Both the position numbers and the translations under genes were made by a program. A stretch of DNA of 59,722 nucleotides from a virus (lineage: Duplodnaviria > Caudoviricetes), in the IMG/VR virus record IMGVR_UViG_3300037504_000748, positions 1 through 59,722 of that record; one strand, 5' to 3'. Below the pieces are notes generated by a model that was given only the letters and a program-made list of their open reading frames with translations, was not told where the DNA came from and searched no databases. Positions 54,068 through 59,722 of this stretch are shown piece after piece. Position 1 is the first letter of the stretch. Every line of letters begins with the position of its first letter.

Positions 54068-55583
54068 ACAGAACCTCCCGCCCTAGAACATCATCGATAG
54101 TGTAGATGCCCTCTCTTCCGTATCTGCTCACCCACCGGTTATACCCGGTTCCTACGATGAACTCTTTAGTTCGTTTGTCCATATTGAAGGTAGACTGGAT
54201 GAACGCGTGCACCTGCATAGTGCGATAACGGTGCATGAATATATCCATGATCGACGCGTACCAAGTCTTTGTGTCTTCGGCCACAAACTCATTGACGAAA
54301 TCTAGCCAGTAGCCTTCCTCGTCACAGCGGTCCATGTCGATCTCAAGTTCCATCCATCCTTTATCCCTTTGCGCACTCCACCCCACAAGGGGAAGGAGAC
54401 GGTAGAACAGGGAAGCTTCCACATTGACGGGCTTGCGGGAGACAGGTGCTGTCTTCCATTCGCCACCGTTATCGGACATGTGTTTCTTCCAGCGAATGTT
54501 GACTCGCTCACGCGGAAGATTGTGCGTCGTTTCGAACATCCGCTCCATAATCATAGTACGGCTTCGGCGGTATTGTTGGCGCTCCCAGTCCGCATGATAG
54601 CGAGACACATTACCGAGGCACACGAGGCCCTCAATTAGGTCGATATGTCTTCGGCTGATGAAGAGCTGCTGGACGTCAGCGTCAATGACATCATCATCAG
54701 CCTGCTGCGCGTAACGGTTCCATATAGAGTGCCACTCGACAGGTGAGTTCAGATACCCGTCTAGTGCGCCTGGCAGTCCTAGCCCGACCATGATCGCCGT
54801 TACGTAGGAATTATCGATAGAGGTCGTCCTGATCTGTCGTCCCCACTCGACCACCCTTTCATGTACATTGGCGGGTATTTGAAATCTGACTTTTTCTTTC
54901 CATAACCGGTAGGAGAGGCACTCACGTTCTTTATTATTGCCGCCATTCTGGAACTTGCGCTTCCAGACATGGCGCTGGTTGAGAGATTCGACATCATACG
55001 GAGTTCGAACTTTGGCTGGGCGCAACATTGTTCCGAGACAAGCCACCGCAGCCAGCCACCTATCGGGCTCATCCGGGAACATTCCAATAAGCCACCCGGG
55101 AACCCATATTGAAATGGTTTTGACGGGGCGTGGTATGCAGCGGAACATCTCGCATACGTAACGCGGGCAATTCGAACCAAGAAAGTGCGTGTGAATTGCA
55201 CGACTAGCGACATTGTGTGTTGCATATATCGTGTGCTTCTCTTCCCCGGTAATGGTATTGTAAATGGTGTACCAGTCCGAGTTACCCGGCTCCAAACAGT
55301 CGATGATCTCTTTCGCATAAGGCATATCCCTGATAATCCAGGTGGACAAACAAGGGCGTTCACCGTACGGATGCACGAAAGGAGCCATGACCTTATTCAA
55401 GGGAAGATTGTCGGACCAGTCAGGATCAATATAAGAGGGATCAACGCCTGCTCTGTTGAGCGCGTCAGTGATGGAGATACCCTTTTCAAGTCGGAGCTCA
55501 AGGGCGTCCTGGGTCATATAGACTTTTCGCCCATGACTTCCTACCATCTCAACAAGACGCACATCAACCATCGCTCTCGTCAT
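54054..55583 (-). CDS. Large hypothetical protein (509 aa)
   Basis: Long ORF overlapping its neighbours; no motif recognised. Confidence 0.7.
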   Translation of the reverse strand: MTRAMVDVRLVEMVGSHGRKVYMTQDALELRLEKGISITDALNRAGVDPSYIDPDWSDNLPLNKVMAPFVHPYGERPCLSTWIIRDMPYAKEIIDCLEPGNSDWYTIYNTITGEEKHTIYATHNVASRAIHTHFLGSNCPRYVCEMFRCIPRPVKTISIWVPGWLIGMFPDEPDRWLAAVACLGTMLRPAKVRTPYDVESLNQRHVWKRKFQNGGNNKERECLSYRLWKEKVRFQIPANVHERVVEWGRQIRTTSIDNSYVTAIMVGLGLPGALDGYLNSPVEWHSIWNRYAQQADDDVIDADVQQLFISRRHIDLIEGLVCLGNVSRYHADWERQQYRRSRTMIMERMFETTHNLPRERVNIRWKKHMSDNGGEWKTAPVSRKPVNVEASLFYRLLPLVGWSAQRDKGWMELEIDMDRCDEEGYWLDFVNEFVAEDTKTWYASIMDIFMHRYRTMQVHAFIQSTFNMDKRTKEFIVGTGYNRWVSRYGREGIYTIDDVLGREVLYEHS

Positions 55584-55815
55584 ACCCCATGACAGCTTCC
55601 ATCAGGTGCTTTGAACGGTTGCCAAGTTGCTCTACCAGGCCTGCGACATGTATGAAGTTACCTTCGACTCTGGAGGTAGTCGTGAATTCGTCGTGCTCGA
55701 TATCACCTTCACTCCTGTATTGGCAGGAGACAGCAATGCTCGAACAGCGTGAACAGAGCTCATCCAAAAGCTCGTCGGTGGTCACACCTATCAACACCGG
55801 GTTTTTCATGCTCAC
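55564..55815 (-). CDS. Hypothetical protein
   Basis: 83 aa; first gene of the leftward arm. Confidence 0.65.
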   Translation of the reverse strand: MSMKNPVLIGVTTDELLDELCSRCSSIAVSCQYRSEGDIEHDEFTTTSRVEGNFIHVAGLVEQLGNRSKHLMEAVMGYDESDG

Positions 55816-55859
55816 CTATTGCACTCCATAGTCGACCAAGTTGCAACCGTGGTCGACCA

Positions 55860-56220
55860 TTATAGTACAGGATAGCGAAAAAAAATCAACGTGTTTTTTG
55901 GTTTTTCAAATTTTTTCAGTTGTTACAAACACCCGTCCTATTTCATCTTACTTTTATATATAGTTTCCGAGTATCATATTTTTATATATCAACATCCAAA
56001 AAATTTCAAATTTCCTTTCTGATTTTCTCTCTTATTTGAGTGATTGCTTGAGGAGGAGGAGGAGTAGTATAGAAAAGAAATAATCTAATTTTTTGGAAGT
56101 TATTATATATATAAGTATATCATATAACATATAGCCAATTCAGCATTTCTGCTGCTTTACTTTCCTTTCTTGATTTTCTGGCTTGACTCGCTTTTCTTCC
56201 CTCATATAATAAAGAACAGC
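55860..56220. other. AT-rich non-coding region between the divergent arms
   Basis: Long A/T runs and TATATA tracts in a GC-rich genome; strand switch point. Confidence 0.75.
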
Positions 56221-56252
56221 ACTTCACCCATCGTACCCAGGAAAGGGACCCC

Positions 56253-56672
56253 GTGGCAGCTACTTCCACCCCAATAATCCTCACCTGCCCTCTGCACGAT
56301 GGCACAGATCCCGACTCCCCGCTTGACCCTACTGTTTGTAGGGTCTTCGGGACGTTTTCCACGGCTAAGCGAGCCTGGATCGCCGCCGTCCAGCTCATAG
56401 AAGGCGTCTATCAGAAGCCCAATGGGCAGCTCTCCATGCCGCGATTCGAGATTGACGATGATCGGTCGGACTGGCATGCTTACTGGAAGTATACTAAGAG
56501 AGGGTGCGTGGGAATCCTACGGCGCAAGCACTCGGTTTTCTATGTGCGCTCGGATTACACCTACTTTAATCGCCCCAGCTGGTCGCCTCTCAGCGACCTC
56601 GAGACCGACATCCCCACTGCTGCCATCCGCTACGAAGAATGGCGCAACCCGAAGGTGATAGATGGGGGTTGA
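56253..56672 (+). CDS. Hypothetical protein
   Basis: 139 aa, GTG start with an AAGGGA RBS. Confidence 0.55.
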   Translation: MAATSTPIILTCPLHDGTDPDSPLDPTVCRVFGTFSTAKRAWIAAVQLIEGVYQKPNGQLSMPRFEIDDDRSDWHAYWKYTKRGCVGILRRKHSVFYVRSDYTYFNRPSWSPLSDLETDIPTAAIRYEEWRNPKVIDGG

Positions 56673-56696
56673 CACCCCTCAAGACTGGTGTATAAT
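56669..56696 (+). promoter_or_regulatory. sigma70-type promoter TTGACA-16-TATAAT
   Basis: Both hexamers are perfect. Confidence 0.85.
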
Positions 56697-56764
56697 ACAG
56701 ACAGATGCACACGACAACCACCTATCAACCAACCACCCGCCCCACAGGGGCACAGGAGACCATC

Positions 56765-57013
56765 ATGCACACCACCAATCCGAGCACCGTCACTGCCGCA
56801 GACCATAACATCATCGCCATCGCCGTCGGCACCCCGTACCGGGGGGATGGCCTGCTGGTCAACGTAGGGTCCGCGCATGTACGAACTGGCGACCATGTCC
56901 GTGTCTACACCGACGAGGACGCCTACATCGCGCGTACTGACGACTACACGCTGATGCAGATAGTCAAAGAGCCGGTCACGAACATCGTCACGGTCGTCGA
57001 CCACGGTGCCTGA
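56765..57013 (+). CDS. Hypothetical early protein
   Basis: AGGAG RBS in the repeated leader. Confidence 0.7.
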   Translation: MHTTNPSTVTAADHNIIAIAVGTPYRGDGLLVNVGSAHVRTGDHVRVYTDEDAYIARTDDYTLMQIVKEPVTNIVTVVDHGA

Positions 57014-57061
57014 CCACACCAACCACCCGCCCCAAACCAGGGGCACAGCAAGGAGACCATC

Positions 57062-57592
57062 ATGCCCGCCATCCCACACAATTCTGATGACCTCTTCGAG
57101 GTCATCATGGATCTGCTCTCATGCAAGAGCGACATCCTTGCAGGCGGAAGAGCCCTGCAACGCGAAGCCGCTAGGCAAGGCGGTGACGACATGCCTGACG
57201 TGGTGGACGCCACGGGACGGGTCGCTGCTGCTATCCGCGCGTTGGAGACCGCGCACGCCGCTGCCTTGCATGACAGGATCGTGCAGGCCGTCGTAGACGA
57301 CGGATTGGCCGAATACAGCACAACCGGCCTCGGTCACTATATTAGAGGCGGATGGCTCATCTGCACCCGCCAAAACCGGTATCTCATGGTTGGGCGCAGG
57401 TCTGTCGGCGCCGTGCGGGTCGACCAGGACGGGGTGATCATCAGCCGTATCGGCGAGACCCCTCCGAGGAGGTATTGCACACCGGGGTTTTGCTTCGAGG
57501 TACCGGGGATGGCGATCGGCCAAGCGATCCCGAGCCCTCTGGATATATCAGCCGCGAAATCGGGGCAAAAGATGATGCCTTGGGCCGGCTGA
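57062..57592 (+). CDS. Hypothetical early protein
   Basis: AAGGAG RBS in the repeated leader. Confidence 0.7.
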   Translation: MPAIPHNSDDLFEVIMDLLSCKSDILAGGRALQREAARQGGDDMPDVVDATGRVAAAIRALETAHAAALHDRIVQAVVDDGLAEYSTTGLGHYIRGGWLICTRQNRYLMVGRRSVGAVRVDQDGVIISRIGETPPRRYCTPGFCFEVPGMAIGQAIPSPLDISAAKSGQKMMPWAG

Positions 57593-57639
57593 TAGGAAAC
57601 ACACTCGCCCCACGGGGCATAGCACAAGGAGACATCGTC

Positions 57640-57960
57640 GTGTCTATTGACGACCACATTGACCAAGCTCAACTTAACGACGCCATCGCCGAGCTTGAAG
57701 GCACACCTAAGTGTGAGGAGGACATGCATCCACCCACCACTTACGTCTACATCACCTTCGGTCAACGCCACACTCACTCGCTACCTAAGCGACCAACGTT
57801 TGACAAGGACTGTGTCGCGCGCATCAAGTGTCGCAATTACAGCCACGGCAGGGAGCGTGCCTTCCAACTATTCGGCGACAAATGGCACAACGCCTATGCC
57901 GCCGAAGAATTCGACCCCTCCATCATGCGATACTACCCGAGAGGAATTATCGATGTCTGA
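57640..57960 (+). CDS. Hypothetical protein
   Basis: AAGGAG RBS, GTG start; YITFGQRH...FGDKW. Confidence 0.65.
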   Translation: MSIDDHIDQAQLNDAIAELEGTPKCEEDMHPPTTYVYITFGQRHTHSLPKRPTFDKDCVARIKCRNYSHGRERAFQLFGDKWHNAYAAEEFDPSIMRYYPRGIIDV

Positions 57961-58043
57961 TCGCTACGCGGGAGCGGTATCCGTTTCAGCCCACGATCTA
58001 TTCAATCACCCCACGACCACCTCTCTTTGAAAGGAGAACCATC

Positions 58044-58376
58044 ATGAATACCGAAGTCCAGATCTTACTCGACAGGATCGAGGTCAAAGTCGGCCGCACG
58101 ATCAATCTTGGCAACTATGAGAGCATGAGAGTCGACTGCACTCTGTCGGCAAGCCTGCGCGATAAAGACGGTCAACCGTTGACAAATCAACGCGGCTGTC
58201 TGGCCGAGGCCCATGAACGGTTGACCAAAGAGTGCAACCTCAAGCTCGACGAACAGGTCGACCTCAGCCTTAGAGCCCTCCAGAAAAAGGTGAACCAGGG
58301 GCGCTTTGAGGAAATGCTTGAAGAAACAGGTCTCAGCGAGGATGATGTTCGCGAAATGCTCCAGGGCCGTCTGTAA
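58044..58376 (+). CDS. Hypothetical protein (RTINLGNYESMR motif)
   Basis: AAGGAG RBS; the motif is typical of a small conserved phage protein family. Confidence 0.7.
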   Translation: MNTEVQILLDRIEVKVGRTINLGNYESMRVDCTLSASLRDKDGQPLTNQRGCLAEAHERLTKECNLKLDEQVDLSLRALQKKVNQGRFEEMLEETGLSEDDVREMLQGRL

Positions 58377-58381
58377 ACCGC

Positions 58382-58412
58382 CCGCCCGAGCGACCCTCAC
58401 TCGCTCGGGCGG
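58382..58412 (+). terminator. GC-rich stem-loop
   Basis: CCGCCCGAGCGA-loop-TCGCTCGGGCGG; no T tract. Confidence 0.45.
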
Positions 58413-58446
58413 ACCCAGCACTACCTGCCAATTATAGGAGACCATC

Positions 58447-58740
58447 ATGCCCGACCCCATCCCCACCCACTTGACGCACCTCGAATGGTATCCGCCTCAC
58501 CAGGCCTGGTTGCGCGACCAGGGCCTGCCGCACCACGATCCCGGCGATGCAGAGCCGTGTCGCGCCGACCTGCGTGGCGTCGATCTCTCCGGCGTCGATC
58601 TCAGCGGCGCCAACCTGGACGGCGTCGACATCTTCGGCCGACACAGCTCCGCAGACCTCACCCGCGCCGACCTAACCGACTCCCGGCTAATCGGCGTCAA
58701 CCCCGCCACGGTGCTGCGCTGCATGGGCGTCCTGATCTGA
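58447..58740 (+). CDS. Pentapeptide-repeat protein
   Basis: ADLRG VDLSG VDLSG ANLDG ... ADLTR ADLTD. Confidence 0.85.
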   Translation: MPDPIPTHLTHLEWYPPHQAWLRDQGLPHHDPGDAEPCRADLRGVDLSGVDLSGANLDGVDIFGRHSSADLTRADLTDSRLIGVNPATVLRCMGVLI

Positions 58741-58764
58741 CCCTACCCACCACAGGAGACCACC

Positions 58765-59004
58765 GTGGAACCGATGACCATTTGCCTCTGGGCACTCTTC
58801 GTCCTGGTCCTGATCGCCAGCAATCGATGGGCCGCCGCTGCAGACCGCTGCCACGATATGCAGCAGCAGTTGCAACACGCGGAGGATCGCATCGCCGGCT
58901 TGCAGTACCTCCTACGGTGCCATGTCGCCGACATCGAGCGTTTGGAGTCGCAGGTATCGGCGATATCGCATTCTCTGGACGTGGTAAGACATGACCCGCA
59001 CTGA
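58765..59004 (+). CDS. Small membrane protein with a coiled coil
   Basis: AGGAG RBS; hydrophobic N-terminus. Confidence 0.6.
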   Translation: MEPMTICLWALFVLVLIASNRWAAAADRCHDMQQQLQHAEDRIAGLQYLLRCHVADIERLESQVSAISHSLDVVRHDPH

Positions 59005-59051
59005 CTCCGTTTTCGGATCACAAGCCAGGAGATTAGAACAGGAGATACACC

Positions 59052-59321
59052 ATGCACGCGAGACCAATGACATACGCCCCGCCCGGCCAGATCTCCAGCC
59101 TGATCCGAGAGACACGGGCCAGGTATGAGTCCGGCACCCCACCCCATCGGATCGCCTACTGGCTGGCTGAGCGCCTGGACCGCATCCGCGCCCCGCGTCA
59201 GTGGTGCCCGGTCGACTCTGCCGGATGGCTGCGACTGGATTACTGCGATGTGCTGGGTATCGTCCACTCTATTCTGGGGGTTCGGTCCTCACCTTTCGAC
59301 GCGCCCGACCCGGTCTCCTGA
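59052..59321 (+). CDS. Hypothetical protein
   Basis: AGGAG RBS; 89 aa. Confidence 0.6.
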   Translation: MHARPMTYAPPGQISSLIRETRARYESGTPPHRIAYWLAERLDRIRAPRQWCPVDSAGWLRLDYCDVLGIVHSILGVRSSPFDAPDPVS

Positions 59322-59425
59322 CGGGCGTGTCCGCCGGAGTGGTGCCCGGCTCGCTGGTCGAGCGACCCTGTCCACCCGGTCCCGCGTAGTGCGGGCCGGG
59401 CTGAGGCAGTGAGAGGAGAAATGAC

Positions 59426-59692
59426 ATGAGAGGGTACCTGGATACCATGGACGCCTATGACGAGCGGTGCCCAAAACGCAACCAACGCAAGCGGGTCGAC
59501 ATCCTGCAGGAGAACTGCGATCGCATGGAGGCACATATCGAACATCTCAAATCGGATCGCGACAAGTGGCGGCGCAGAGCCGAGGCGGCCCAGCACATCT
59601 TGAGCCGCCTCGCAGTCCAGTATCCGTTCAACTTGCCGATGGTGCTGCGTGTGATAAACCAGGACCATATACTGACGGAGAAAAGACGATGA
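59426..59692 (+). CDS. Hypothetical coiled-coil protein
   Basis: GAGGAG RBS; 88 aa; precedes the attC array on the circle. Confidence 0.7.
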   Translation: MRGYLDTMDAYDERCPKRNQRKRVDILQENCDRMEAHIEHLKSDRDKWRRRAEAAQHILSRLAVQYPFNLPMVLRVINQDHILTEKRR

Positions 59693-59722
59693 GAACGGAC
59701 ATCGCGTTGTTGGGCGGATGCC
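59596..59722. repeat. Terminal direct repeat, right copy
   Basis: Identical to 1-127. Confidence 0.95.

Noticed and set aside
1-59722. Integrase/lysogeny module, tRNA genes, diversity-generating retroelement
   Set aside because: No tyrosine or serine recombinase, cloverleaf or reverse transcriptase motif was recognised by eye; a profile search could still find divergent ones

Overview
The window is a complete, circularly permuted tailed dsDNA phage genome of about 59.6 kb, with a siphovirus-type tail module. Bases 1-127 repeat exactly at 59596-59722, which is most likely an assembly overlap. There are two transcription arms. The + strand carries early, DNA-metabolism and replication genes (56253 across the junction to 26280). 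The - strand carries packaging, head and tail genes (55815 down to 26296). No integrase, repressor, tRNA or CRISPR array was recognised. Highlights: (1) at 105-2216, six integron attC-like sites plus one truncated site separate small orphan genes, with no intI in the genome and all ORFs antisense to attC polarity; (2) a 7-deazaguanine DNA-modification set (folE, queD, queE, queC) comes with a type I phosphoribosyltransferase and a TGT/DpdA-like protein coupled directly to a family A polymerase with altered motifs, plus a possible dNTP pyrophosphohydrolase; (3) a run of small genes each has its own sigma70-type promoter and a shared leader; (4) a TOPRIM primase is fused to an MCM-like helicase; (5) a 1515-aa tail-region protein combines an M14 zinc peptidase with Kelch repeats; (6) a dispersed ~88 bp element with terminal inverted repeats is present. 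All functional calls come from motif recognition by eye; no database searches were run.
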